Of a DNA stretch of 64,000 bases, positions 54,733 to 64,000 are shown piece by piece (the stretch's first letter is position 1; each line of letters starts with the position of its first letter). Under the pieces are notes generated by a model. That model saw nothing but the letters and a program-made list of their open reading frames with translations. It had not been told where the DNA came from and made no database searches. Source of the stretch: Microcoleus sp. (GTDB taxonomy: Bacteria > Cyanobacteriota > Cyanobacteriia > Cyanobacteriales > Microcoleaceae); contig JAYFMW010000010.1 of NCBI GenBank assembly GCA_042408215.1, positions 111,963 to 175,962 of the forward strand. The letters are read 5' to 3'. A program made the position numbers and the translations under genes.

Positions 54733-55062
54733 CTATTCCTTTGAATTCCACTCCCGAACATCTTCCTCAGAAATGTGATACCGATAAAAAGTAGAACCTT
54801 TCACAGTCACTTGAATTTTACCTTTACCATGTTCTCTCCTCTCACTCTCAATAATCACCTGTCCAAACCCTGTTTCTTTCCAAGTTTCATACAAAATGTC
54901 CTCGATTTTACCAAAAACCTGATTAATCGGATTCTCTCTGCTTTCTGGCGCTGATGACGTATCTGTTTCCACCTTCTGATTTAACTTAGCTTTGCTGTTG
55001 CTGTCGCTGTCGCCTGCTTTGCGAGCCCGATCGCCTGCTGCATCCTCTGATATAAACTTCAT
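54733..55062 (-). CDS. small hypothetical protein
   Basis: 109 aa; compact C-terminal domain (GFGQVIIESER..IQVTVKGSTFYRY.I). Confidence 0.65.
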   Translation of the reverse strand: MKFISEDAAGDRARKAGDSDSNSKAKLNQKVETDTSSAPESRENPINQVFGKIEDILYETWKETGFGQVIIESERREHGKGKIQVTVKGSTFYRYHISEEDVREWNSKE

Positions 55063-55227
55063 AGCTTCTTACACCCTAATAAATTTCAGCCTCTATATAC
55101 ATTTCGGAAATAGCCGTCTGTTTTTACGCATATTTCCAGCTTTTGTAACAAACATTTACACGATCGCTCCCAAAGCCGCAAACAGTGAAGCACAACTGGG
55201 GCGATCGCCCGTAGTAAAATCAATAAA

Positions 55228-55830
55228 GTTGGGTGCGGGCGGGTTTACAAGAATTATCTGTAGGTGCCATAATTTATTGGTAAACCCGCCCCTACAAATT
55301 TGTCCGCAATTTTACCATGTAGGCGGGTGAGCCTAAATCTTTGAGAGCGAGCGACAAATTATCTAAACCCGCCCCAACCCGGCCAACAAATAACGTATTT
55401 CTGTCATCCTGAGCGTTGCGAAGGAGCTCGCTCGATGCTTCGCTTCGCTTGACTCATAACATATAGGCTTTGCGTAAGTCCTATTAATTTTATGGTTAGC
55501 CCGGGATGGTTTTTCGGGGTTATTGGTTGGGTGCGGGCGGGTTTACAAGAATTATCTGTGGGTGCCATAATTTATTGGTAAAACCCGCCCCTACAAATTT
55601 GTTAGAATCTTATCATGTAGGGGCGGGTGAGCCTAAATCTTTGAGAGCGATCGACAAATTATCTAAACCCGCCGTTATTGGTTGGGTGCGGGCGGGTTTA
55701 CAAGAATTATCTGTAGGTGCCATAATTTATTGGTAAAACCCGCCCCAACAAATTTATAGGAATATTTTGTAGGGGCGGGTGAGCCTAAATCTTTGAGGGC
55801 GATCGACAAATTATCTAAACCCGCCCCAAA
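55228..55830. repeat. cluster of REP-like G(T)AGGGGCGGGTTT...AAACCCGCCCCTAC palindromes
   Basis: Repeated composite units; related copies near 7838, 31202, 47195, 54463 and 54564. Confidence 0.85.
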
Positions 55831-55881
55831 CCGGCCAATAAATGATCTAAACTAGCCGCAGAATTTGCCGATATTTTGACC

Positions 55882-56568
55882 CTATTTCCTCACAGCTTCC
55901 AGCAAGCGCGAATAGTAAAAACTCGTGCTAGTCATGGCTGTTCTTTGAACAACAAAACCGTTGCTTTCTAGGATTTTGATAATATCAGCTTCCCGGTGCT
56001 GATAAGCGCGAGTTGTTTTGCTCGGACCGGGGAAAAGTTCGCCAACTTTCTTGAGCGCGGTAAGTGCTAAGGTTTTGGGAGCAAAACTGAGAATTAGTCG
56101 GGATTGGGCGATCGAACTTAGGTGAGCGATCATTTCCGCAGCCTTACTCTGAGGATAGTGGATCAGCACGTCCAGACAAATCACCGTGTGAAATTTGCCA
56201 CTCAGCTTTTCCAAATCTTGGGCTGTGAAAGAGACGTTGTAGAGCTTACCCGGAATGGCTGTCGATCGCTCATAGGCTTCTGCTACCATCTTTTCAGAGA
56301 TATCGCTAGCGCAAACAATGGCCCCAGCCTCAGCCAGAGGAATGCTGAGAGAGCCCACACCGCAGCCGGCATCGCAGACAGAGAGCCCCGGCAAATTGCC
56401 GTCAGCTTGCAGCCATGCGATGACTGTATCTACCGTTTGCTGGTGCCCGGTGCGAATATCTAGCTGAACTTTATTGACTTTCCCGTCGCCGTAAATGCGC
56501 TGCCAGCGATCGAAGCCCGTCGAGTTAAAATACTGTTTGACAATATCCTTGTCATTTGCCAAATTCAT
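55882..56568 (-). CDS. chlM: magnesium protoporphyrin IX methyltransferase
   Basis: [39 protein letters not shown]. Confidence 0.96.
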   Translation of the reverse strand: MNLANDKDIVKQYFNSTGFDRWQRIYGDGKVNKVQLDIRTGHQQTVDTVIAWLQADGNLPGLSVCDAGCGVGSLSIPLAEAGAIVCASDISEKMVAEAYERSTAIPGKLYNVSFTAQDLEKLSGKFHTVICLDVLIHYPQSKAAEMIAHLSSIAQSRLILSFAPKTLALTALKKVGELFPGPSKTTRAYQHREADIIKILESNGFVVQRTAMTSTSFYYSRLLEAVRK

Positions 56569-56627
56569 CTTTATGCCTGCTGCTGAGTTATTGCCAACAG
56601 TTAGGTATTATAATGCTTCGGGGTCGT

Positions 56628-56815
56628 AATTGGGAATTGGGAATTGGGAATTGGGAATTGGGCATTGGGCATTGGGAATTGGGAATTGGGAATTGGGAAT
56701 TAGGCATTGGGAATTGGGAATTGGGAATTGGGAATTGGGCATTGGGCATTGGGAATTGGGCATTGGGAATTGGGAATTGGGAATTGGGAATTGGGAATTG
56801 GGCATTGGGAATTGG
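56628..56815. repeat. STRR heptamer array (GGGAATT/GGGCATT)
   Basis: Seen directly; followed by a duplicated CCCTTCGA/ACTACGCTCAGGGTACCGC block at ~56837-56950. Confidence 0.95.
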
Positions 56816-56988
56816 CACCAAAAAATAACCAATCACAAATAACTAATAACCCTTCGACCCTTCGACCCTTCGACTACGCTCAGGGTACCGCAAATAACTA
56901 ATAACCCTTCGACCCTTCGACCCTTCGACTACGCTCAGGGTACCGCAAATAACTAATAACCAATAACTAATAACCAATAACCAATAAC

Positions 56989-58218
56989 TTAAAACAAGCG
57001 ATGCCAAGTTAATTCTTTTGTCGGTTCATCCAAATTCCAGCGCAATAACTGAGTGGCAGATTTGCCGACAATTCCCGAAAGTCCGATCGCCTTTCTAGGA
57101 GAATCAGTAGCCAGGGCGATCGCACTTTCCAGATCACAAATCCCCCACCTCACCAAATTCTGGACTCCCGCCAACAGTGGCAGCGTCGTACCAGCCAAAG
57201 TAGCAGATTCCAGAGGCGAGTGATAATCTAATCTTACCCAAGCCGTACCTTTCCTGACCTCAATTTGGCGAGAATCCCAAGGATAAACACCATCAGGCAA
57301 ACCCAAAGGAGCTAAAGCATCGCTAACTAAAAAAACACCTGTTTCGTATCTACCAGCACGCAGCAAAAAATCCATCATTGTCGGAGAAACGTGCTTTCCG
57401 TCAGCAATTAAACCGCACTTAACACCAGGAGAAACAATGGCCGCTCCCAACAAACCCGGTTCTCGGTGGTGTAAACTCGGCATAGCATTAAAGGCGTGAG
57501 TTACCATCGAGGCTCCCTGGTCAAATGCTTGCTGCGCTTGCTCTGCTGTCGCTTGGGAGTGTCCGAGACTAACTGTAATTCCCAAACTTTGCAAATAGGG
57601 AATTACTTCGCCAGTGCTGTCTAACTCCGGCGCTAAAGTAATTATTTTGACAATCTCGGCACAATCTCCTAAAACTAACTTGACATTTTCTATAGTTAGT
57701 GGTAATAAAAACTCAACTGGGTGAGCTCCTCGCTTCTGCGGGTTGAGAAAAGGGCCTTCGAGGTGAACGCCGAGAATTTCCGCTGTTTTGAGTTGATTGG
57801 TTGGGGAAGTAGCAGTTTTTGTAGTGTGGATAAAATTAGCAAAAGTTGAGAGCGATCGTCTAAACTTATCTAGTGAAGTTGTCACCAAAGTCGGCAAAAA
57901 AGCATCAACTCCCTGATTCCATAAAAATTGACTAATTTTGGGCAAAGATTCCAGATGCTTGCTTTCTAAATCGGGAAAAGCCAAACCTAGCGCCCCGTTA
58001 ATCTGCAAGTCAACTCCGCCGAGAGAAAGCCAATCGCCTGCTACATCCAGCACTTGCAAATCTGGAGGAGAAACCCGTTTAAATATTTTGTCCATTGAGC
58101 AAACTTCTTGAATGATGCCAGTTTCGTCAACAGCCAGCATCTGCAAGTCCTTGCAACCGGGGAGCTTTGCATTGAGAATATCTGTAGGGGAGAAAGTTGG
58201 GTTTGTGGCTTCAGTCAT
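56989..58218 (-). CDS. nagA: N-acetylglucosamine-6-phosphate deacetylase
   Basis: DLQING, GVHLEGPF, TLAPE, THAFNAM, IADG.H, SDA. Confidence 0.95.
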   Translation of the reverse strand: MTEATNPTFSPTDILNAKLPGCKDLQMLAVDETGIIQEVCSMDKIFKRVSPPDLQVLDVAGDWLSLGGVDLQINGALGLAFPDLESKHLESLPKISQFLWNQGVDAFLPTLVTTSLDKFRRSLSTFANFIHTTKTATSPTNQLKTAEILGVHLEGPFLNPQKRGAHPVEFLLPLTIENVKLVLGDCAEIVKIITLAPELDSTGEVIPYLQSLGITVSLGHSQATAEQAQQAFDQGASMVTHAFNAMPSLHHREPGLLGAAIVSPGVKCGLIADGKHVSPTMMDFLLRAGRYETGVFLVSDALAPLGLPDGVYPWDSRQIEVRKGTAWVRLDYHSPLESATLAGTTLPLLAGVQNLVRWGICDLESAIALATDSPRKAIGLSGIVGKSATQLLRWNLDEPTKELTWHRLF

Positions 58219-58441
58219 CCGATTTTAGATTTTAGATTTTAGATTTTAGATTTGCTGTTATGGATAAATCCGGGGGCTTGCGATCGGGATGGGAAGCTTT
58301 TTGATTTCAGCGCCTGGGCTCTGATGGCGGCTTGTGGCCAAATTGCTTTCGATCGTCAGTTTTGCTACAAAATAGCTAAATTTGAGTTAACGCCATGATT
58401 TAAAATTAGCATTGATCGGAAACCTCACATCTCAAAATTAT

Positions 58442-58963
58442 ATGAATCAACCGACTGTTGGAATTATCATGGGTAGCGATTCCGATTTGCCCACAATGAA
58501 AGATGCGATCGCAGTTTGCGAAGAATTCAACATACCTTGCGAAGTTGCGATCGTCTCAGCCCACCGCACTCCTCAGCGCATGGTAGAATATGCCCAAACC
58601 GCGCACCAACGCGGCTTAAAAGTGATTATCGCAGGTGCGGGGGGAGCCGCGCACCTACCTGGTATGGTAGCATCTTTAACACCTTTACCGGTGATTGGTG
58701 TACCAGTACCGAGCCGTCACCTGCAAGGAATAGATTCTTTGTATTCGATCGTCCAAATGCCTGCGGGGATACCGGTAGCAACAGTAGCGATCGGCAATTC
58801 CAAAAACGCTGGCTTGTTGGCAGTTCAGATCTTAGCAGTTTACCAGCCAGAATTATTAGAGCGAGTCCTGCAATACCGTCAAAGCTTGTCCGAATCTGTA
58901 ATGGCAAAACAAACTCGCCTAGAAGAACTAGGATATCATAACTATCTCGATCAGAACAAATAA
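58442..58963 (+). CDS. purE: N5-carboxyaminoimidazole ribonucleotide mutase
   Basis: [37 protein letters not shown]. Confidence 0.97.
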   Translation: MNQPTVGIIMGSDSDLPTMKDAIAVCEEFNIPCEVAIVSAHRTPQRMVEYAQTAHQRGLKVIIAGAGGAAHLPGMVASLTPLPVIGVPVPSRHLQGIDSLYSIVQMPAGIPVATVAIGNSKNAGLLAVQILAVYQPELLERVLQYRQSLSESVMAKQTRLEELGYHNYLDQNK

Positions 58964-59046
58964 CCGAGAAAATTTTGTAGTACAATTGAAAAATTTTCGG
59001 ATTATGGTTGAGCTGATTTGTTGTGAAGAGGGTAACAGTAACTAAA

Positions 59047-59290
59047 GTCAACCACCCACCACTAATCGGAGTACCGATCTAGTGGGGGCTTGAAAAAGCC
59101 AAGTTGACCAGTCTGAGTGGTTCGCCCACTACGTTTAAGGTCAGCGTTAAAGTACCTACCAGAAAATGCGTGCTAGTTTTCTGCTCTAGAAATTAAAAGT
59201 TAAACAGGTGTAAGGGTTAAGCCAGTGCTTTTAATAGTTACCGACCTTAAACATTGACGAAGCAAGCATTACCCCGCAAGGGAGGACTGA
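59047..59290 (+). ncRNA. IscB omega-RNA (HEARO-like) scaffold
   Basis: GTCAAC...GGGGCTTG...GTTGACCAG..CTACGTT...GCTCT..AGTTAAACAG...AACATTGACGAAG..ATTACCCCGCAAGGGAG directly upstream of iscB. Confidence 0.85.
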
Positions 59291-59291
59291 A

Positions 59292-60563
59292 ATGTCTAAT
59301 TTTGTTTTTGTACTTGATACCAGAAAACGACCGCTCAATCCAATCCGACCAGGAATGGCTCGTAAATTGCTAAACAATGGCAAAGCTGCTGTTTTCAAAA
59401 GGTATCCATTCACACTAATTCTCAAAGTAGAGGTGACAGCAACCCAAAAACCAATCACTCTTAAAATAGATCCGGGTTCTCGAACCAGTGGAATCGCATT
59501 AGTACAAGGAGAGAACGTAATTTTTGGTGCAGAATTAACTCACCGAGGTCAAACAATCAAAGCCAGTTTGGCTTCTCGCCGTTCATTGCGTAGAAGTAGG
59601 AGAAATCGTCACACTCGTTATCGTCAAGCGAGGTTCCTAAATAGGACTCGCCCTAAAGGGTGGTTGGCTCCCAGCTTGCAACATCGCGTCGAAACAACCC
59701 TAACCTGGGTAACTAGATTGATGAAGCTCGCCCCCATTGCTTCTATTATTCAAGAACTTGTACGGTTTGACTTACAACAATTAGAAAATCCAGAAATTTC
59801 TGGAATCGAGTACCAGCAAGGTGTTTTGTGTGGCTATGAAGTTCGGGAATACTTGCTAAACAAGTGGGATAGAAAGTGTGCTTACTGTGGTGTTACAAAT
59901 ACACCATTACAAGTCGAACATATTCATCCTAAAGCCAAAGGCGGATCTAATCGCATTTCTAATTTTTGCCTTGCTTGCGATGCTTGCAATAAAAAGAAAG
60001 GTACTCAAGGTATTGAGCAATTCCTCTCTAAAAAGCCAGAGATTTTGAAGCAGATTCTATCTCAAGCTCATCGTCCGTTAAAAGATGCAACAGCAGTTAA
60101 TTCAACTCGTTGGGCATTGTTTAACCGACTAAAAGAAACTGGTTTACCTGTTTCTACTGGTAGTGGTGGTCTAACAAAGTTCAACCGCACTCGATTGAAT
60201 TTAGGTAAAACTCACTGGTTAGATGCAGCTTGTGTTGGGAACGTTGATTCGTTGGAAATCTTGACAAACAAGCCATTGTTAATTAAAGCGACTGGACATG
60301 GGACACGTCAAATGTGTCGTACCGACAAGTTTGGATTTCCATCTCGCTATGTTCCCAGGTTTAAATTTGTCAAAGGTTTTCAAACGGGGGATATCGTTAA
60401 AGCGATTGTAACCTCCGGCAAGAAAATTGGTAAATACGTTGGACGTGTTGCCGTTAGAACGAGTGGTTCATTCAATATTTCCGCATCCGAATTGGTATCG
60501 GGAATTAGTCACAAATATTGTTCAGTTGTTCACAGAAAGGATGGTTATTCGTATGCAGCATAA
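59292..60563 (+). CDS. iscB: RNA-guided endonuclease IscB
   Basis: PLMP-like PLNP, IDPGS, RRSLRRSRR bridge helix, QELVRFD, HNH (CAYC..EHIHP.AKGGSN..CN), HWLDA. Confidence 0.95.
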   Translation: MSNFVFVLDTRKRPLNPIRPGMARKLLNNGKAAVFKRYPFTLILKVEVTATQKPITLKIDPGSRTSGIALVQGENVIFGAELTHRGQTIKASLASRRSLRRSRRNRHTRYRQARFLNRTRPKGWLAPSLQHRVETTLTWVTRLMKLAPIASIIQELVRFDLQQLENPEISGIEYQQGVLCGYEVREYLLNKWDRKCAYCGVTNTPLQVEHIHPKAKGGSNRISNFCLACDACNKKKGTQGIEQFLSKKPEILKQILSQAHRPLKDATAVNSTRWALFNRLKETGLPVSTGSGGLTKFNRTRLNLGKTHWLDAACVGNVDSLEILTNKPLLIKATGHGTRQMCRTDKFGFPSRYVPRFKFVKGFQTGDIVKAIVTSGKKIGKYVGRVAVRTSGSFNISASELVSGISHKYCSVVHRKDGYSYAA

Positions 60564-60635
60564 ACCTTGCCCCCCTTTTCCTCTCGCCACTGACCTGGGT
60601 ACAGGTACAGTGGGAGTATCCAAGGGGGAAGACAG

Positions 60636-62234
60636 ATGAACTTCGGAAAGAAAAACTCGAAAACAGTCAGGCGATCGTCTTTAAATAAGCCAGCAGCAAA
60701 CTTTTTGACTAAAGTCAACAGGTTCAAGAAATTACAAATAGCGATCGGGCGGCTGAGTCCCAGTTGGCAAGCTTGCATACCTTTAGCTGCAACGATCGTC
60801 TTGGTGTGGGGATATGCGGCGGTAGCCCAAACCCCTGCGGCCGCACCAACCACCGAGGAACAATTAGCCAGCCTCAAAGTGGGCATGGATACCATGTGGG
60901 TGATGGTGGCCGGGATGCTAGTGTTCTTTATGAACGCAGGTTTCGGGATGTTGGAAACCGGTTTTTGCCGCCAGAAAAATGCAGTCAATGTGCTAGCAAA
61001 AAACTTGATTGTTTTTGCGCTGTCTACGATCGCATATTGGGCGATCGGCTTTGCCTTGATGTTCAGCGACGGCAACGGTTTCGTAGGATCGAGCGGCGGA
61101 TTTTTCCTGTGGAATGTCACTGACAATAGTCCCGCCACAGGAGAGGCTTACAAAGGTATTTTCAGCGCCCTAAATTGGACGGGAGTACCTCTTAATGCTA
61201 AATTCTTTTTCCAATTAGTTTTTGCCGGAACTACTGCCACGATCGTTTCTGGAGCCGTTGCAGAGCGAATTAAATTCCTTGATTTCTTAGTTTTCAGCTT
61301 GTTGCTAGTAGGCATTGCTTACCCAATTACCGGACACTGGATTTGGGGCGGCGGCTGGCTGGCAAAAGTAGGTTTCTACGATTTTGCCGGTTCGACAGTG
61401 GTTCACTCTGTAGGCGGTTGGGCTGCTTTGATGGGAGCGGCATTTTTGGGGCCGCGGATTGGCAAGTACCGTAACGGCGATACTGTGGCGATGCCTGGAC
61501 ACAATATGAGCATTGCCACCTTGGGCTGTTTGATTCTGTGGCTTGGTTGGTTCGGCTTCAATCCGGGTTCGACAATGGCAGTCGATCCCAATGCGATCGC
61601 CCACATTGCGATCGCCACCAACACCGCCGGCGCCTTCGGGGGCGTTGCTGCAACTCTTACGGCTTGGTTGTACCTAGGCAAACCAGACCTTTCGATGATT
61701 ATCAATGGCATCCTGGCCGGCTTAGTTGGGGTAACAGCTAGCTGCGCTTGGGTCAACGTGCCGAATGCTGCAATTATCGGCATTGTCGCCGGCATTTTGG
61801 TAGTTTTTGCCGTAACTTTCTTTGACAACTTGAAAATTGACGACCCTGTAGGGGCAACCTCGGTGCACCTAGTCTGTGGCATCTGGGGAACTCTAGCAGT
61901 TGGCTTGTTTGCTGATGGCCCGACGACTGGAATTTATACCGCAGGCCCGAAAGCGGGATTGCTTGTAGGGGGAGGTTTCGATCAACTAATACCGCAGTTG
62001 ATCGGGATTATTTCTGTAGGCGGGATGACCGTGCTGCTGAGTACGATTTTTTGGTATGCACTCAAGGTTTTGCTTGGCATCCGAGTTAGTCCAGTAGAGG
62101 AGGCAGAAGGTTTAGATATCGGAGAACACGGGATGGAAGCCTACAGCGGTTTTGTCAAAGAAACTAACCTGGGCAATAGAGCTGAGCCTGGTGGCTACGG
62201 CAGTTTTGGTGCTGGGGGAACGACTAAACTTTAG
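60636..62234 (+). CDS. amt: ammonium transporter
   Basis: [47 protein letters not shown]. Confidence 0.97.
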   Translation: MNFGKKNSKTVRRSSLNKPAANFLTKVNRFKKLQIAIGRLSPSWQACIPLAATIVLVWGYAAVAQTPAAAPTTEEQLASLKVGMDTMWVMVAGMLVFFMNAGFGMLETGFCRQKNAVNVLAKNLIVFALSTIAYWAIGFALMFSDGNGFVGSSGGFFLWNVTDNSPATGEAYKGIFSALNWTGVPLNAKFFFQLVFAGTTATIVSGAVAERIKFLDFLVFSLLLVGIAYPITGHWIWGGGWLAKVGFYDFAGSTVVHSVGGWAALMGAAFLGPRIGKYRNGDTVAMPGHNMSIATLGCLILWLGWFGFNPGSTMAVDPNAIAHIAIATNTAGAFGGVAATLTAWLYLGKPDLSMIINGILAGLVGVTASCAWVNVPNAAIIGIVAGILVVFAVTFFDNLKIDDPVGATSVHLVCGIWGTLAVGLFADGPTTGIYTAGPKAGLLVGGGFDQLIPQLIGIISVGGMTVLLSTIFWYALKVLLGIRVSPVEEAEGLDIGEHGMEAYSGFVKETNLGNRAEPGGYGSFGAGGTTKL

Positions 62235-62667
62235 AGGTGAACAGGACTAAAGCCCCTGATACCAATTTTTTATGAGGCTGCATAGAATCCGATCCCCCCA
62301 GCCCCCTTAAAAAGGGGGAGCAAGAATTCAGAGTCAACCCCTACTCACACCCTACTCCCTTTTTAAGGATTTAGGGGGATCGGGATATGTGCAACGACCT
62401 ATTAAATTGGTATGACACATTCCTAGGGTGCGTCAGATCATCCAAACCTGTTGAAATCGAAAACTTCAACGTCGCGTAGGGCCATCGCTATAGCGTGGCC
62501 TTTAACTGTGACACTTGGCTTTAGTCCTATTTGAGCAAGAAACTTTGGGACACAGATTTTTTGTGGTAGAGTATTCCGAAAAAGCAAAGTTCTGCATCGC
62601 CGCCCTTGCCAAACGCATCACAGTGCTTGATTCTGAAAGAATTGAGGCGAAAATTGAGCGGTAAAAT

Positions 62668-63627
62668 TTGATGCAGTCATGCGTGCCAATTATTCGTTGT
62701 GGTGTCTGCAAGTCGCCTGAGTTTATGGACAAGTTTGGAGGATTTAGCGGACGTAGGGCTCATAGACCCATATTCGCGAGGGAACGATCGAAAATTGTGC
62801 CGTTTTGGGCTTGGCTATCTCTGGTGACAAACGGAGTGCTGATAGTAACAGTTACTCAACTAATGCTGCGGGGACAAAACTTATCAGAAAGCTCCCCAGC
62901 CAGTGCTGCTCAGACTCCTGCGACGATTGAGGAACTAATTAGCCAGCCGAGCTCTGCAAAGTCTGTCTCAGATCAGCCCGTTGCGGGACAGCGACACAAG
63001 TGGAGTTACCAGCAGTGGGTGACTCAGTTGGGCCGGGAAGCGGTCGCCACAGCGGCTCATCGACCCTCAAGGCTGACTGTGTTGGCTGGGGATTCGCTGA
63101 GTATGTGGTTTCCGGCGAAGCTGTTGCCGGTCGATCGAATTTGGCTGAATCAGGGGATTTCGGGAGAGACGTCGGTGGGTTTGCTGAAGCGCTTACAGTT
63201 ATTCGATCGCACTCAGCCGGATTCAGTGTTTGTGATGATCGGGATTAACGATTTGCTGAAGGGAGCAAGCGACGAAGGGATTTTAGACAACCAGCGACAG
63301 ATTATTCGCGATTTGCGGTGGGCTCACCCCAAGGCCCAAGTGGTAGTGCAGTCGATTTTGCCACACAGCGGCGAACAAGCTACTTGGGAAGGGCGCGATC
63401 GGCTGCTGGCTATTCCTAACAGTCGGATTCGCGAGATTAATCGGCGACTGAGAGAAATCGCTAATACAGAAAATGCTTTGTATTTGGATTTGTACCCGAT
63501 GTTTACCGATGCTGAGGGCAACTTGCTAACCGAACTGAGCACTGACGGCTTGCACCTCAACGAGCAAGGCTATTTGGTTTGGCGATCGGCCCTACAACTT
63601 TTCGGTCAGATCCAGTTAAAAAATTAG
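62668..63627 (+). CDS. SGNH/GDSL hydrolase; start may be ATG 62725
   Basis: GDSL, NQGISG, GIND, DGLH. Confidence 0.92.
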   Translation: MMQSCVPIIRCGVCKSPEFMDKFGGFSGRRAHRPIFARERSKIVPFWAWLSLVTNGVLIVTVTQLMLRGQNLSESSPASAAQTPATIEELISQPSSAKSVSDQPVAGQRHKWSYQQWVTQLGREAVATAAHRPSRLTVLAGDSLSMWFPAKLLPVDRIWLNQGISGETSVGLLKRLQLFDRTQPDSVFVMIGINDLLKGASDEGILDNQRQIIRDLRWAHPKAQVVVQSILPHSGEQATWEGRDRLLAIPNSRIREINRRLREIANTENALYLDLYPMFTDAEGNLLTELSTDGLHLNEQGYLVWRSALQLFGQIQLKN

Positions 63628-64000
63628 TCATTAGTCATTAGTCATTAGTCATTAGTCATTAGTCATTAGTCATTAGTCATTAGTCATTAGTCAACAGTCA
63701 TTAGTGATTGGTCATTAGTCATTGGTCATTAGTGATTGGTCATTAGTGATTGGTCATTAGTGATTGGTCATTAGTCATTGGTCATTAGTGATTGGTCATT
63801 AGTCATTGGTCATTAGTCATTGGTCATTAGTCATTAGTCATTGGTCATTAGTCATTGGTCATTAGTCATTAGTGATTGGTCATTAGTCATTAGTGATTGG
63901 TCATTGGTCATTAGTCATTGGTCATTAGTCATTGGTCATTAGTCATTAGTGATTGGTCATTAGTGATTGGTCATTAGTCATTGGTCATTAGTCATTAGTC
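63624..64000. repeat. STRR heptamer array (CATTAGT/CATTGGT/GATTGGT) running off the window
   Basis: More than 50 tandem 7-mers. Confidence 0.95.

Larger units (their letters stand above)
59047..60635 (+). mobile_element. IS200/IS605-family IscB element
   Basis: Starts GTCAACCACCC; carries omega-RNA and iscB; the terminal hairpin CCACTGACCTGGGTACAGGTACAGTGGG parallels CCACTAATCGGAGTACCGATCTAGTGGG at the other end. Confidence 0.88.

Noticed and set aside
55228..55830. CRISPR array
   Set aside because: The repeats are inverted pairs and the spacers repeat; REP-like.
58960..59046. NtcA box for amt
   Set aside because: No perfect GTA-N8-TAC; only an imperfect GTA-N8-TAA next to the insertion site.

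Overview
Chromosomal window from a filamentous cyanobacterium. The evidence is dense HIP1 (GCGATCGC) octamers, heptamer tandem repeats, and glpX-hemA, chlM and CBS-CP12 genes; an Oscillatoriales/Microcoleus-like assignment is inference. From left to right: the leader end of a CRISPR array with no cas genes in view, then manC. Next is a 14-kb minus-strand cluster (membrane-anchored LIV-type binding protein, vWA protein, large tubulin/FtsZ-like GTPase, Ser/Thr kinase, three COP23-like proteins, two trypsin-like proteases). After an ABC1 kinase comes a PLD-SNF2 helicase translationally coupled to an unusual fusion: a restriction-modification-like N-terminal domain joined to a SigA-derived sigma-70 with altered -10 recognition residues. 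The rest holds housekeeping genes, tRNA-Arg(UCU) with a duplicated 3' end and integration scars, two tnpB elements, an iscB element inserted at the amt start codon, an IS607-like omega-RNA/right-end remnant, a 1964-aa RTX subtilase, and many MITE/REP/STRR repeats. The best candidates for undescribed systems are the helicase + RM-N/sigma-70 fusion operon and the tubulin-like/kinase/COP23/protease cluster, whose proteins share a C-terminal P-[LV]-[FW] motif. All product calls come from recognising motifs by eye; no database searches were run.
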